DNA of 64,000 bases from Minisyncoccota bacterium (GTDB lineage Bacteria > Patescibacteriota > Minisyncoccia > Phycocordibacterales > JABAAK01), in NCBI GenBank assembly GCA_958295675.1, contig OY282360.1:594026-658025 (forward strand). The letters run 5' to 3'. Below the pieces are notes generated by a model, which was given only the letters and a program-made list of their open reading frames with translations, had not been told where the DNA came from and did not search any database. Below, one piece after another: positions 21,023-31,695 of this stretch. Position 1 is the stretch's first letter. Each line of letters opens with the position of its first letter. A program made the position numbers and the translations under genes.

Positions 21023-22726
21023 TCAGCATGCCTTCTCCCTCTTTAGAAGATCAACTTCTTCCTGAAACCGCCGGGCTTTTGAAAGAACAGCATCACAATA
21101 TTGTCTGGCAACCGCAGAACGCCAGTTGCTGCCGGCATAGTACCATCGTGCCGCTTTGCATTCATCCGACTCCGCACCAAGCTCTTTCAAATACAGACCG
21201 GAAGCAAAGAAAGCATCCCGGGGATTCCATGGATTTGAAGGAGATTCAGATCTGGTCTGTTGCCGTATCAAATCCCTATCACTGCGATACTGCCAGGGAC
21301 CGGAGTAAAAACTAATTTGATTAACAGCTGCGCGTGTTGACGGACCGACGCTGCCGGTACCCCGTGTATACCCGTACGGTCGCAGTATGCGCGATGCATA
21401 CCGTTCCTGAAATTTCTTAACGGCACCGGCAACCTCATCTGTGTATGTTGCCGTCTCTTTACCCGGACTGCTTGAACCGCTCTGCGCGATGGTGAAACCG
21501 TTTTGATTGAGAAACTTTTGGAGTCGCTTCACATCCGCACCTTTACTGCCAATCCGCAATGTATCTCTTGTTTTTATTAAATCACCATTAAACCCGCATG
21601 TACCGGTCTTAGTATTTACAAGACCGCCATAGCACACCCATGTTGACGGAATAAATTGCGCCGGTCCCATGGCACCGCCCCAACCAAATCCCGGATTTTT
21701 TGAAACGCGCAATTCATCCGGATCAAATCCGAACAACTTCGCGATATACGGAAATATCGGCTGATCACGAGTAGGATGCATATCAGTAAGATATGTACCG
21801 GTGCCGACATTCTTGCCGAGATCAGATTCATGTTTGATAAGTCCGAGCAGGAACGCAGTGCGGACACCTAACTTTCTTTGCACTTCTTCCGCTATAACAC
21901 ACGCAGAACCGAATGATATTGCTCCGCCTCCGCTGAGTTCAAACAAACGCGTCTGAATACGCGCGGCGCGTGTTTCATATTCATCAATCTGCTCCAGTGT
22001 TTTTTTCTCCACATGCAGCTGCTGCTCAAGCACAACTTCTTTTTGCTGCCTCTGATGTTTCACTTCATTCGCGGCAACCTGCTGCTGCTGCCGCACACGG
22101 CTTTGCTCCTGCCGCTTTGAAGCAAGATCATCAACACTCGCGGTCAGACGGAGTTTGAGATTATCAATGCTTTGTATAGAATCCTCCATTGTTTCACGCA
22201 GCGATGTGTATTCATTCGTTCTTGAAAAGAATGAAGAAATGGTCACATTGGATAACAACAAGTTCATAAAACCTTTTTGTTCAGCTTCGTTAATTCTCTG
22301 AAGAACTTCTCCGAGAAAATGCTGATGCTCCTCAATATCATTATTCAATTGATTCACGGTTTTTTCCTTGCTTGTGATTTCTTGACCGAGTTCTCCGATA
22401 ATCACATCACTGGAACGAATGCGAAGCAACGCTTTATTAATCTCCTGATCAATAAGCAGAATATCATACTCGGTGCTGGTTCTTTCCGCCTGATGTTTCT
22501 GCAGAACACGCTCGGTTTCTTCAATATGCTCCTGACAATTTTCCAACGCGCGTTCAAGAGCACTCCTATCCGATGCGTTCTTATCATCGTTAAGATCAAC
22601 AAAACATTCTTCTGCAAAAACAGTGTAAAAAAAGAATCCACACAGCAAACTAAAAACCAACAAAACGGTACCGCAAAGCGCAGCGATATTATGACACAGC
22701 GACCTCTTCTTCAGAAAGTTCGTCAT
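21023..22726 (-). CDS. Membrane-anchored cell-wall remodelling protein: long coiled-coil, lytic transglycosylase-like core, and PG_binding_1 domain
   Basis: N-terminal TM. About 250 aa rich in heptad-like E/Q/K/L repeats. GLIKHESDLG lytic-transglycosylase-type catalytic Glu motif. C-terminal GADVKRLQKFLNQNGF...VGPSTRAAV peptidoglycan-binding repeat. Confidence 0.6.
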   Translation of the reverse strand: MTNFLKKRSLCHNIAALCGTVLLVFSLLCGFFFYTVFAEECFVDLNDDKNASDRSALERALENCQEHIEETERVLQKHQAERTSTEYDILLIDQEINKALLRIRSSDVIIGELGQEITSKEKTVNQLNNDIEEHQHFLGEVLQRINEAEQKGFMNLLLSNVTISSFFSRTNEYTSLRETMEDSIQSIDNLKLRLTASVDDLASKRQEQSRVRQQQQVAANEVKHQRQQKEVVLEQQLHVEKKTLEQIDEYETRAARIQTRLFELSGGGAISFGSACVIAEEVQRKLGVRTAFLLGLIKHESDLGKNVGTGTYLTDMHPTRDQPIFPYIAKLFGFDPDELRVSKNPGFGWGGAMGPAQFIPSTWVCYGGLVNTKTGTCGFNGDLIKTRDTLRIGSKGADVKRLQKFLNQNGFTIAQSGSSSPGKETATYTDEVAGAVKKFQERYASRILRPYGYTRGTGSVGPSTRAAVNQISFYSGPWQYRSDRDLIRQQTRSESPSNPWNPRDAFFASGLYLKELGAESDECKAARWYYAGSNWRSAVARQYCDAVLSKARRFQEEVDLLKREKAC

Positions 22727-23339
22727 CGGCTTTCTTTCCTCCTTTACCGGTGACCTCAATGTCTTCCATATATGACTCATTTATTTCTTCTTCATCCGCC
22801 TGAGATTTTTCAAGAATGGAAACCACAATCTCATCAGGACTTGTTACCAGTGTAACACCATTCGGAAGCAGTAAATCAGAAACCAAAAGGCGTGAACCGA
22901 TGGTTTTCAGCACGCTGACATCAGCATCTAACTGCGCGGGAATATTCTGCGGCAGAGCGCGAATACTCACCTTATCAAGCACCACAACCATCTGACCTTC
23001 ATCGATTTTCACACCGGGTGCTTCGCCGATTACCCGCACCGCCACCTCATGTTCCACCTCATGCGTCGCATCAACAAAAAGAAAGTCAGCATGCAGCGGC
23101 ATATCGGATACCGGATGAAAACTGATGTCCTGGAGAATAACCTGCTTGCCGGACATATCACCGTCCGTTTCAATAACAACCGAGCCGGATACGAGTGATT
23201 TCAAAAGAGATTGTGTGTCCACACTGTACAGCGCGGACGGCTCCCCCTTGCCGTAACAAGCAACGGGCGTCTGACCATCCCTGCGCAGAGCGGCAACTTT
23301 CTTACCGGTGACGGATCTTTTCAAAAAAGTGAGTTTCAT
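22689..23339 (-). CDS. rplY: 50S ribosomal protein L25, general stress protein Ctc form
   Basis: N-terminal L25 fold pattern (KRSVTGKKVAALRRDGQTPVACYG) plus the Ctc-type C-terminal extension. Confidence 0.7.
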   Translation of the reverse strand: MKLTFLKRSVTGKKVAALRRDGQTPVACYGKGEPSALYSVDTQSLLKSLVSGSVVIETDGDMSGKQVILQDISFHPVSDMPLHADFLFVDATHEVEHEVAVRVIGEAPGVKIDEGQMVVVLDKVSIRALPQNIPAQLDADVSVLKTIGSRLLVSDLLLPNGVTLVTSPDEIVVSILEKSQADEEEINESYMEDIEVTGKGGKKADDELSEEEVAVS

Positions 23340-23342
23340 GGT

Positions 23343-23500
23343 TATTTTTTTGTCTCCTTGTACTTCGTATGCTTTCTGATCTTCGGATTATACTTCATCA
23401 ACTCAAGCGCATCAGGATTTTGCTTTTTATTTTTCCTGGTAACATAACTTATCTCACCGGTTTCGGTACACTTCATTTTCACAATATGATCTTGTGACAT
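23343..23500 (-). CDS. rpmG: 50S ribosomal protein L33 with an apparent 1-nt deletion that interrupts the frame
   Basis: The frame starting at the ATG gives MSQDHIVKMKCTET and then stops. The frame ending at the stop gives ...GEISYVTRKNKKQNPDALELMKYNPKIRKHTKYKETKK. Joined, the two pieces align to L33 (e.g. [33 protein letters not shown]). The break lies in the CCG/TTT run near 23457-23461. Confidence 0.5.
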
Positions 23501-23856
23501 ATATACCAGTGTAGCACAAAAGAACTATAGGTGCCAATGTACCCTTTATGTTGATACACAGAAAAATGAGGAGCAACGCCTGGGACAACGATTACTCTGC
23601 CCAGTTGAGCAAGTGACTGATTAACCGAAACCAACCTATTCCTCTCTTCCTCATTTGGCACCTCATACACTGCTCTCAGATTATTGGCACCGGCTGCATG
23701 TATGAATGTAAGAATATCAACACTGCTGACATCATTTCTGTCAGTAAAATTCACATCAACACACGCACCGTCAAAATGACATGATGCTCTATGTTGTATA
23801 GTGGGCGGCCACGATTCAGTAATTCTCCAATCACGAACCTCATCATTACTACTCAA
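23479..23856 (-). CDS. Hypothetical protein (125 aa)
   Basis: ORF overlaps the downstream gene by ATGA. No recognisable motif. It overlaps the rpmG start by about 20 nt. Confidence 0.3.
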   Translation of the reverse strand: MSSNDEVRDWRITESWPPTIQHRASCHFDGACVDVNFTDRNDVSSVDILTFIHAAGANNLRAVYEVPNEEERNRLVSVNQSLAQLGRVIVVPGVAPHFSVYQHKGYIGTYSSFVLHWYICHKIIL

Positions 23857-24332
23857 GGATCTGCAGTCGTGGTAGACGGTTCAGGTACACTAAATGGAGA
23901 TCCATACCTATACCCAAGAGCAGCGAACGCAAATTTGACAATCAACCACGCACTAAGTACAAGAATAAGACCGAATGCTGACCATCCTATATGCTTTTTT
24001 GCCGCACTCGTCACCGCTTCAGGACCGCCCCAAAATACATTAATCGACATTCTTACACCGCTCCAGACGATGACAAGAACAAAACCGATTGTAGCAAACC
24101 AAATGATCACTTTTAAAATTTTATTCGCCAAAGTAAATAGGTGAGATATTTTGCACCCGTCCCCGTCGTTCTGCCCGGGAAAACCACAATCAACGACAAG
24201 ACCTTCACCCTCAGACGGAATAGGGTCAATGGCATCCGACGGCAGCGCAGACAAAATAGGTGTGCTAAAAAACAATGAAACGAAGCACAATAGTACGATA
24301 GAATAAATAAAAAGGTAACATTTCCGAATCAT
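23853..24332 (-). CDS. Small secreted membrane protein with pilin-like architecture (signal peptide, Cys pair, then TM-loop-TM)
   Basis: Signal peptide. CGFPGQNDGDGC. Two hydrophobic helices separated by a short loop. Same layout as the five island paralogs at 39.6-43.3 kb. Confidence 0.4.
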   Translation of the reverse strand: MIRKCYLFIYSIVLLCFVSLFFSTPILSALPSDAIDPIPSEGEGLVVDCGFPGQNDGDGCKISHLFTLANKILKVIIWFATIGFVLVIVWSGVRMSINVFWGGPEAVTSAAKKHIGWSAFGLILVLSAWLIVKFAFAALGYRYGSPFSVPEPSTTTADP

Positions 24333-24404
24333 ATATACTATATTGTACAGTAAAAAAATAAACTGATGTCCGCTATTTCTCGGTCGTGGTATACTTTGCG
24401 TATT

Positions 24405-24488
24405 GCGTCGGTGGCAGAGTGGTCAATTGCAACGGACTGTAAATCCGTCGCCGAAAGGCTACGCAGGTTCGAATCCTGCCCGGCGCAC
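24405..24488 (+). tRNA. tRNA-Tyr (anticodon GTA), long variable arm
   Basis: Acceptor GCGTCGG/CCGGCGC. Anticodon stem ACGGA/TCCGT with loop CTGTAAA. Variable arm CGCCGAAAGGCTAC. T-loop GGTTCGAATCC. Confidence 0.85.
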
Positions 24489-24768
24489 CGTACAAGAATT
24501 ATTGGGAGTGGATGTATTTATACTATCATCGTACAAACATCCTTTCGTATGCAGATTACTGCATAGACCGCCATAGAGAGATTTCCGTGCCGTTCGGTGA
24601 AATAATATCAGTGCAGTGCAACGAGAGAGAAATCAATGAACGAATATGTCCCCTTATGTAAAGTATTTTTTGAATTCATACGCTACATCCTGAAGAAACA
24701 CAGCACACCACGCATCAAATATATAAAAGAAAATAGAAAGACGGAAACAGGAAAACAAATATCACACG

Positions 24769-27465
24769 CTACACTGCAACCTGTTCTTTTCTTTTTCTCT
24801 TTGTTGACACTTTCCGCTGTTTCGAAACAGAAAAAGTATATGCATTATCTTTAACAGCAATGGTGACCATAGCACCGTCCTTGACATTGCCCTCAATAAT
24901 TGCGTTGGCAAGCGGGTTGAGTATATCGGTTTGAATCTTTCTGCGGAGCGGACGCGCACCGTATTTCGTATCATATCCCTCTTTACTGAGTTTTTCAAAA
25001 ACTCTTCTGTCAATGTGCGCGGTAATCCCCTTATCAGACAATTGACCAATTGCTTCATTGATAAGAATAGAAACAACTTTTCTGATATTTTGCTGATCAA
25101 GTGGTTTAAACACGATCACTTCATCAAGCCGATTCAAAAACTCCGGTCTGAATGACTTCTGCAACTCATCCATTACTTTGTCGCGCACCTCATCATACTG
25201 TTTCTGTTTTTCTTCCGACTTTTTCATCGAATCCTCAAAACCGATTTGATTCATGGAAACTAACTGCTCGGAACCGATATTTGAAGTGAGGATGATAACA
25301 ACATTCTTAAAATTGACCACTCGCCCTTTACTGTCGGTAAGCCGTCCGTCATCAAGCACTTGCAGAAGAATATTAAACACATCAGGATGCGCTTTCTCCA
25401 CCTCATCAAAAAGTACTATAGAATACGGACGATGGCGAACTGACTCCGTCAACTTCCCTGCCTCCTCATAACCCACATATCCTGGAGGGGCACCGATGAG
25501 TTTTGAAACTGTGTGCCGTTCCATATACTCCGACATATCAAAACGCACTAACGCTTTTTCACTGTCAAACATATACTGAGCCAACTGTTTGGCAAGTTCG
25601 GTCTTTCCGACACCGGTCGGACCGAGAAAAAGAAATGAACCGACAGGTCGATCAGGGTTGGCAATACCCGCCCGCGACCGTTTGATTGCATTCGCGATTT
25701 TATGTATTGATTCATCCTGACCGACAATCTGTTTTTTGAGTTCACTTTCCATTCTGGTCAGTTTCTGTGCCTCACTCTCAAGCATACGGATTGCCGGAAT
25801 ACCTGTCCATCTGGAGATAACCTGCGCTATATCCTCCTCCGATATCTCTTCACGCAGTATTTTCCTGGTTTTTTGCAGGCGTTTTAGGCGCGTTTGTTCC
25901 CGTTTAAATTGGTTTTCAAGACGAGGAATCTCCTTGTACCGAATTTCAGCCGCCTTCGTGAAATCAGCTCTGCTTTCCGCTTCCTCACCCTGATAACGCA
26001 CTGATTCAAGCTCCTGTTGAAGTGTTTTTATTTTACCGATGGTCTCTTTTTCATTCTTCCAGCGCATTTCCAGTTCCCTGCTCTTTTCCTTTACATCGGC
26101 AATCTCTTTTTCCAAATCGGTTATTCGCTTTTTTATTTTCTCATCTTTAATAGTGCTATAGTCCTTCCTCACCGCTTCAAGCTCTATCTCTAATTGCATA
26201 ACTTTACGATGCGCATTATCCAACTCCGGCGGCTTATTTTCAAGCGATACACGAATAAGTGATGCGGCTTCATCCACAAGATCAATCGCCTTATCCGGAA
26301 GATACCGTTCCGTGATGTACCTGCTGGAAAGATGTGCAGCCGCGACAATAGCCGCATCGGTGATGCGAACACCGTGATACACTTCATAACGCTCCCGCAA
26401 ACCGCGAAGAATGGAAATTGCATCCTCAACGGATGGTTCTGAAACATACACCGGCTGAAACCGTCTAGTAAGCGCGCCGTCTTTTTCAATATGTTGCTGA
26501 TATTCTTTCAGTGTTGTCGCCCCGATCATGCGCATTTGTCCGCGCGCAAGTGCCGGTTTTAAAATGTTCGCGGCATCCACAGTCCCCTCAGCACTGCCGG
26601 CACCGATTAGGGTGTGAATCTCATCAACGAATAAAATATATGCATCACTTGCATCCTCAACTTCCTTCATTACTTTCTTAAGACGATCCTCAAATTCGCC
26701 GCGGAATTTGGTGCCGGCAAGCATAGAGACGATATCAAGAGCGTACAGTTCCTTGTCGCGCATTGATTCCGGCACATCGCCGGACACAATGCGCTGCGCC
26801 AAACCCTCGCCAATTGCCGTCTTTCCTGTGCCGGCTTCACCGATAAGGATGGGGTTATTTTTTGTGCGTCGGGATAAAATCTGAATGACACGGTTGGTCT
26901 CTTCATCTCTCCCTATTACCGGATCCAACTTATTCTCCCGGGCGGTCTGTGTCAAATTATGCCCGTATTTTTCTAAATTCTTCGCCTTTTGCGCTCCACC
27001 ACGGCGCTGCCCTTCCTCGCGCAGCTCGATAATCGTCCTGAACACCTCCTTTGCACTTAGTTCATATTCAGCAATGACACTGCGTAATATACCCGGCTTC
27101 TCAAGAATAGAAAGAAACAGGTGTTCCGTTGAGATGTGCGTATCCTTCATCGCCCTGGCAATCTTGCCGGCGTGCTCCAATACAATCGCCAATTCCGGTG
27201 TTGTATACAGTTGCACAACAGGTGAACCGTCAACATCAAATGAAGACGCGCGGGCTTCCAAAAGACCAATGGCTCTGTTATACAGTGAATCGGGATCAAT
27301 GGAAAGTTTCTGTAACACCGGCTGCACGAGCCCGTCTTCCTGACCAATCAGTGCCGCAAACAGGTGTACCGGACTTATATTCTGATGTCCGTGTTCAACA
27401 GCGTGTTCCTGCGCCATTCGGAACGCTTCTTTCGCGCGTGCGGTTAGTTGTTGAAACGGAGACAT
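24769..27465 (-). CDS. clpB: Chaperone ClpB (two AAA+ modules with coiled-coil middle domain)
   Basis: Two Walker A sites ([17 protein letters not shown]), a long M-domain coiled coil between them, and an N-terminal Clp repeat domain. Confidence 0.9.
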   Translation of the reverse strand: MSPFQQLTARAKEAFRMAQEHAVEHGHQNISPVHLFAALIGQEDGLVQPVLQKLSIDPDSLYNRAIGLLEARASSFDVDGSPVVQLYTTPELAIVLEHAGKIARAMKDTHISTEHLFLSILEKPGILRSVIAEYELSAKEVFRTIIELREEGQRRGGAQKAKNLEKYGHNLTQTARENKLDPVIGRDEETNRVIQILSRRTKNNPILIGEAGTGKTAIGEGLAQRIVSGDVPESMRDKELYALDIVSMLAGTKFRGEFEDRLKKVMKEVEDASDAYILFVDEIHTLIGAGSAEGTVDAANILKPALARGQMRMIGATTLKEYQQHIEKDGALTRRFQPVYVSEPSVEDAISILRGLRERYEVYHGVRITDAAIVAAAHLSSRYITERYLPDKAIDLVDEAASLIRVSLENKPPELDNAHRKVMQLEIELEAVRKDYSTIKDEKIKKRITDLEKEIADVKEKSRELEMRWKNEKETIGKIKTLQQELESVRYQGEEAESRADFTKAAEIRYKEIPRLENQFKREQTRLKRLQKTRKILREEISEEDIAQVISRWTGIPAIRMLESEAQKLTRMESELKKQIVGQDESIHKIANAIKRSRAGIANPDRPVGSFLFLGPTGVGKTELAKQLAQYMFDSEKALVRFDMSEYMERHTVSKLIGAPPGYVGYEEAGKLTESVRHRPYSIVLFDEVEKAHPDVFNILLQVLDDGRLTDSKGRVVNFKNVVIILTSNIGSEQLVSMNQIGFEDSMKKSEEKQKQYDEVRDKVMDELQKSFRPEFLNRLDEVIVFKPLDQQNIRKVVSILINEAIGQLSDKGITAHIDRRVFEKLSKEGYDTKYGARPLRRKIQTDILNPLANAIIEGNVKDGAMVTIAVKDNAYTFSVSKQRKVSTKRKRKEQVAV

Positions 27466-27573
27466 GCAAGTATAGTACCATACACCATAATTGGATTCAA
27501 TCTATATCCGCACATATTGCAAAAAATTCAAATAATTGCATAAAAAAATATGTTCGGTGCAGTGTACAGAAAA

Positions 27574-28419
27574 CTACAATGATATCGGCGGGAGAGTATC
27601 CTGTACGCGTGTTTCCGGCACATTGTTTTCCGTCACTTCTTCTGCCGTTTCAAACTCTTCTCCCTCGTCTTCTCCGACAGTAAACAGAGCGGCATCAACA
27701 ATCGGTATCCAACCGGTATAGTCGCTCATAAAACCGGCGAGGCGCGTGCCGACGAATACCACAGACGGCAGCACGGTTTCAGAAATCGGAACAGCAGTGT
27801 ACACCCGCACAGTGCCGTCGGCATCGGTTTGCTTCTGTGAAACAATCTCACGGTGCAAACGCGCATCTTCCCCGAATCCGCCGAAGATAAGAACGGGTTC
27901 GCCGAGCGGCACATCCGCAACGCTACCATCAAAAGGAATATGCATAACCGGTGTATATTCCTCTTCAAAAGGTGTAAGAAGTGTATAGTGCATGCCGCGA
28001 TTCAACACTGCAAAAGGCACAAATGCTTCCTCTCGTTTCACATTATAACGCCGTTCCGTAAGAAGCCGTCCGGGCACAAGCAACATACCTTCAGAAGAAA
28101 CAAAAATACCGACAGAAACCGGACGGGAACCGTGATACACCTGTACCAATGACTGTCCGACGGCATCAAGTGTTATCTGGTCAGTACTGGCTACTGATGT
28201 CTCACTTGGTGACGGAGGAACAACAGGTGTTGTATCCCGTTCAATAATTCTATTGATGGTCTGCTGAATAATAGTGGGCTGCGATGAATCCCCGCGCGCG
28301 AACAACAGCCGCTCATGCACAAGAGAAAGCGTGCTGATAGCGGTTGCCGCGCTCACAACAAGAGTTATGAGCAGCACCAAAAGAATAAGCTGAGAATTAC
28401 TCAAGTTATCAATCTTCAT
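27574..28419 (-). CDS. Membrane-anchored extracytoplasmic protein, possibly a degenerate trypsin-like fold
   Basis: N-terminal TM. Weak resemblance to the S1C protease fold (GIFVSSEGMLLVPG) but no identifiable catalytic triad. Acidic C-terminal tail. Confidence 0.35.
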   Translation of the reverse strand: MKIDNLSNSQLILLVLLITLVVSAATAISTLSLVHERLLFARGDSSQPTIIQQTINRIIERDTTPVVPPSPSETSVASTDQITLDAVGQSLVQVYHGSRPVSVGIFVSSEGMLLVPGRLLTERRYNVKREEAFVPFAVLNRGMHYTLLTPFEEEYTPVMHIPFDGSVADVPLGEPVLIFGGFGEDARLHREIVSQKQTDADGTVRVYTAVPISETVLPSVVFVGTRLAGFMSDYTGWIPIVDAALFTVGEDEGEEFETAEEVTENNVPETRVQDTLPPISL

Positions 28420-28479
28420 ACATACAACAGTATACTATAACTTCCTGAAGAGAAATCGCATTATAGATGAACAAACATA

Positions 28480-29658
28480 CTACCGGGAAACACACGCGAG
28501 CGGAAGATGTTTTCGTATACAACGCGCCAATGCGCGCGCATCACCAGCTGTCGCGGTCGGCAGCACACCGATGCGAAGTGCTTCATCTGTCTGTTCAGCA
28601 CAGGCAGTGGCGGTAGAAACTGCGAAACCGTCCGCATCAAGCAGTGCCGCCAGATACATATGATTGGTGTTCGCAAACGATATATACATCAGATGCGGCG
28701 CGAAAGAACTCAAGTCAGCATTGACAGCATCACGCGCGTTCATTGCAATACCATGTACATACGCATCAGGAGCAAACTCAATAATTGAGTGCAGTACCGA
28801 ATCACGCACATGCCTCGCCCGACAACACACCTCTTCCCGATTTCCGTACATCCTATGCAGAGCGGCTGTGAAACCGCATATAAGCGCAACAGAGGGCGTA
28901 CCGGGACGAATATCCCATATACTGTGTTCTCCCGAAAAACCGGCATATCTGCCAGATCCGGGCAGCAGCAGCGCACCGACACCTTGCGGACCGAACAGCT
29001 TCGCGCTGTCCACGGTCACCGCATCAGCGCGAAGCGACATCGGTGAACAGTCAAAATACACCGATGCCTGTGCCGCATCTGTATGCACAAAAAGCGATGG
29101 TTGACGAACTCTGCATGCGTCAGCAATCCGTCCGACTGGCTGCACAGATCCGTGCTGACTGTTCACATATTGCAGCGAAAGAAAAACTGTGTTTTTCCTT
29201 ATACACCGAACAACATCGTCAGGTGTGTATAACACACCCGATGCTGATGGTTTTGCAACCGTATATGAGACACCGAGCGCGCTGAAATACAACGCGCTTT
29301 TATGAACCGAACTGTGCTCCTCATGTCCGATGACAATATGTATATCAGAAAGCGCGATCCCCTTTCTCAGTGCACGCAGTACCGCGATACGCATCGCTGT
29401 TATATTCGCCTCTGTTGCGCCGGAAAGAAATATCACATCGCACGCTTTAACCTTGTACAATTCCGCTGCTATCTTTCTCGAACGATCAAGATAGCCCTGC
29501 GCTCGTCTGCCGAACGCATGCGCTGAAACAGGATTACCGGAACGGCAGACGGATTGTTCCCGCAAAACTTTTTCCATAGCAATGCGGGCATCTCTGCAGA
29601 CAGGCGTAAATGAACCGGAATCAAAGTAGCGCGCACTTTTGTCCCGAAAAAATGACAT
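28480..29658 (-). CDS. Class V aminotransferase / cysteine desulfurase family protein
   Basis: RYFDSGS near the N-terminus. SGATEANI. HTDAAQ. DSAKLFGPQGVGALL with the PLP-lysine region. Start trimmed so it does not overlap the divergent infB. Confidence 0.6.
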   Translation of the reverse strand: MSFFRDKSARYFDSGSFTPVCRDARIAMEKVLREQSVCRSGNPVSAHAFGRRAQGYLDRSRKIAAELYKVKACDVIFLSGATEANITAMRIAVLRALRKGIALSDIHIVIGHEEHSSVHKSALYFSALGVSYTVAKPSASGVLYTPDDVVRCIRKNTVFLSLQYVNSQHGSVQPVGRIADACRVRQPSLFVHTDAAQASVYFDCSPMSLRADAVTVDSAKLFGPQGVGALLLPGSGRYAGFSGEHSIWDIRPGTPSVALICGFTAALHRMYGNREEVCCRARHVRDSVLHSIIEFAPDAYVHGIAMNARDAVNADLSSFAPHLMYISFANTNHMYLAALLDADGFAVSTATACAEQTDEALRIGVLPTATAGDARALARCIRKHLPLACVSR

Positions 29659-29737
29659 GACATGCATCATGGTATCACAGAACGATACCATTTCTAATTT
29701 GTTAGATGAGATACTTTTGTATATACTACAAAACTAT

Positions 29738-31228
29738 ATGGCACATACACGACCGCCGATTATCACTGTCGTCGGACACATAGATCACGGCAAATCAAAA
29801 CTGCAACACGCTCTGAGAAATATGGACATTCAGGCAGCGGAAGCGGGCAACATCACCCAGCACATCGGCGCATACGAACTCAATGCGCAATACGAAGGCA
29901 TGCCACGCAGAGCAACCATAATTGACACCCCGGGACATGAAGCATTCTCACACATACGCAAACACGGTCTTGAAATCGCTGATATAGCTCTGTTGGTCAT
30001 TTCCTCCGAAGAAGGATGGAAAGAGCAAACCAAAGAAGCGCATCGGCTTATAGAAAAAGCAAACCTGCCGTATATTGTGGTATTCACAAAAATTGACACG
30101 GACCGCGCAAATATTGAACGCGCAAAACAAAGTGTGCTGCAGAACAACATTCTGCTTGAAGGACTCGGCGGTTCAGTGCCATGGACTGCTGTATCATCAG
30201 TTACCAATGAAGGTATAGCGGATCTTGTTGAACTCATATTCCTCACCACGGATGTCTATGAAATCATTGAAGACAGAAAGGACGGATCAGTCGGCATATT
30301 GATTGAAGCGGATATTGATCCAAAAATAGGAATAGCAGGAACAGTGATAGTACTGCAGGACACATTGGAAACAAACAAATATGTCCGTATCGGCGGCAGC
30401 ATCGCCCCGCTCAGAATTATGAAAGACGACTGGGGAAACACCAAAACATCGGTCACACCGTCAACACCGGTACGAATAATCGGTTTTGACAGCATACCGC
30501 CGATAGGAGAACCAGTATTCCTGTACGAAACAAAAAAAGAGGCATTGGAAGACGCAAAAAAAATCCAACCGGCGCAAAGCCATAACAATGAAACAGGACA
30601 CAAAGACAGAAACATACATCTCGTACTGCGGTCCGACACAGCATCGGGCCTCTCATCAATTGAACATGCCATTACCGGTGTTGCTGTTGAGGGTATATCG
30701 TTCATTATTGTGAAAAAAGAGGTCGGCAATATAACCGAAGAGGATATGCGACTCGCGCTGGCTCAGGACGGCGGACAGGTTGTCGGCTTTCACACCTCTG
30801 CTGATCAGCGCGCGAAACAATTCGCCGAAAGAAACGGCATGACTGTCAATATTTTTTCCACTATCTATGAATTAATTGATTGGGCGACCGCAACATCACA
30901 GGAAAAAAAGGAGGTGTATGAAGAAGCAAACCCGACCGGCAGCGCAACCGTTATCCGAATCTTTGAAGAACAACCGGCGCAAAGTATATACATAATCGGT
31001 GCGCAGATAATAAAAGGGAGATTTACTGTGAACCAAAATATCATCACACGGAGAAACGGTAATGCTGTCGGACGATTTACCATTGAATCTATAGAACAAC
31101 GAAATGCGGCACAGGAAGAAGTGTCCGGAGAAAAAACACAGTTCGCAATGCGTATCAAAGGAAACGGCTCAATAATAGCACAGGACACTATTTTCGCGCT
31201 GCCGAATATGATGAAAAACAGCGTATGA
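29738..31228 (+). CDS. infB: Translation initiation factor IF-2, short form lacking the N-terminal domains
   Basis: G-domain VVGHIDHGKSKL...DTPGHEAF...TKID. The beta-barrel domains follow. rbfA follows with an ATGA overlap, the classic infB-rbfA operon arrangement. Confidence 0.75.
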   Translation: MAHTRPPIITVVGHIDHGKSKLQHALRNMDIQAAEAGNITQHIGAYELNAQYEGMPRRATIIDTPGHEAFSHIRKHGLEIADIALLVISSEEGWKEQTKEAHRLIEKANLPYIVVFTKIDTDRANIERAKQSVLQNNILLEGLGGSVPWTAVSSVTNEGIADLVELIFLTTDVYEIIEDRKDGSVGILIEADIDPKIGIAGTVIVLQDTLETNKYVRIGGSIAPLRIMKDDWGNTKTSVTPSTPVRIIGFDSIPPIGEPVFLYETKKEALEDAKKIQPAQSHNNETGHKDRNIHLVLRSDTASGLSSIEHAITGVAVEGISFIIVKKEVGNITEEDMRLALAQDGGQVVGFHTSADQRAKQFAERNGMTVNIFSTIYELIDWATATSQEKKEVYEEANPTGSATVIRIFEEQPAQSIYIIGAQIIKGRFTVNQNIITRRNGNAVGRFTIESIEQRNAAQEEVSGEKTQFAMRIKGNGSIIAQDTIFALPNMMKNSV

Positions 31229-31554
31229 ACTTCACACATGAACAACAGAATACAATTCGCGAAGGACGACTTGCATCGCTCCTCAGAGAAACCGTATCAC
31301 ATTTTCTCCAGGGAACAGCAAACAAAAGTTCGTTTATCACAATCTCCTACATTCATATGAACAAATCAGGACATACAGCAGTCGTACATTGTTCTGTTTT
31401 CCCTGAAGAGCGACAAAATGAAGCGATGTCCTTTCTTAAAAGACAAGAAAATGCTTGTCGTGATTATATTCGAAAAAATACCTCGCTGCGCGTCATACCG
31501 ACAATCCGTTTTGAACTGGCAAAAGGAATGAATATAATGGCACACTATGAGTAG
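31225..31554 (+). CDS. rbfA: Ribosome-binding factor A
   Basis: 109 aa with an RbfA-like pattern (R..RLASLLRE...ITISYIHMNKSGHTAVVHCSV...RVIPTIRFE), located directly after infB. Confidence 0.6.
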   Translation: MNFTHEQQNTIREGRLASLLRETVSHFLQGTANKSSFITISYIHMNKSGHTAVVHCSVFPEERQNEAMSFLKRQENACRDYIRKNTSLRVIPTIRFELAKGMNIMAHYE

Positions 31555-31582
31555 CGACGGCACGACAATGAGTGCCGGACGC

Positions 31583-31654
<72 letters not shown>

Positions 31655-31695
31655 CAACATACTCCGCATAGACACTAATACCGTATACTTACAAT

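Noticed and set aside
23479-23500. Using the 125-aa ORF 23479-23856 to explain the rpmG region
   Set aside because: Its 3' end overlaps the L33 start. The L33-like peptide is in a different frame and matches a universally conserved ribosomal protein, so L33 is kept as the primary call and the 125-aa ORF is given low confidence.
24931-27683. Alternate-frame ORFs within clpB (e.g. 26885-27343, 27129-27683)
   Set aside because: Embedded in or overlapping the 898-aa ClpB ORF. No independent support.
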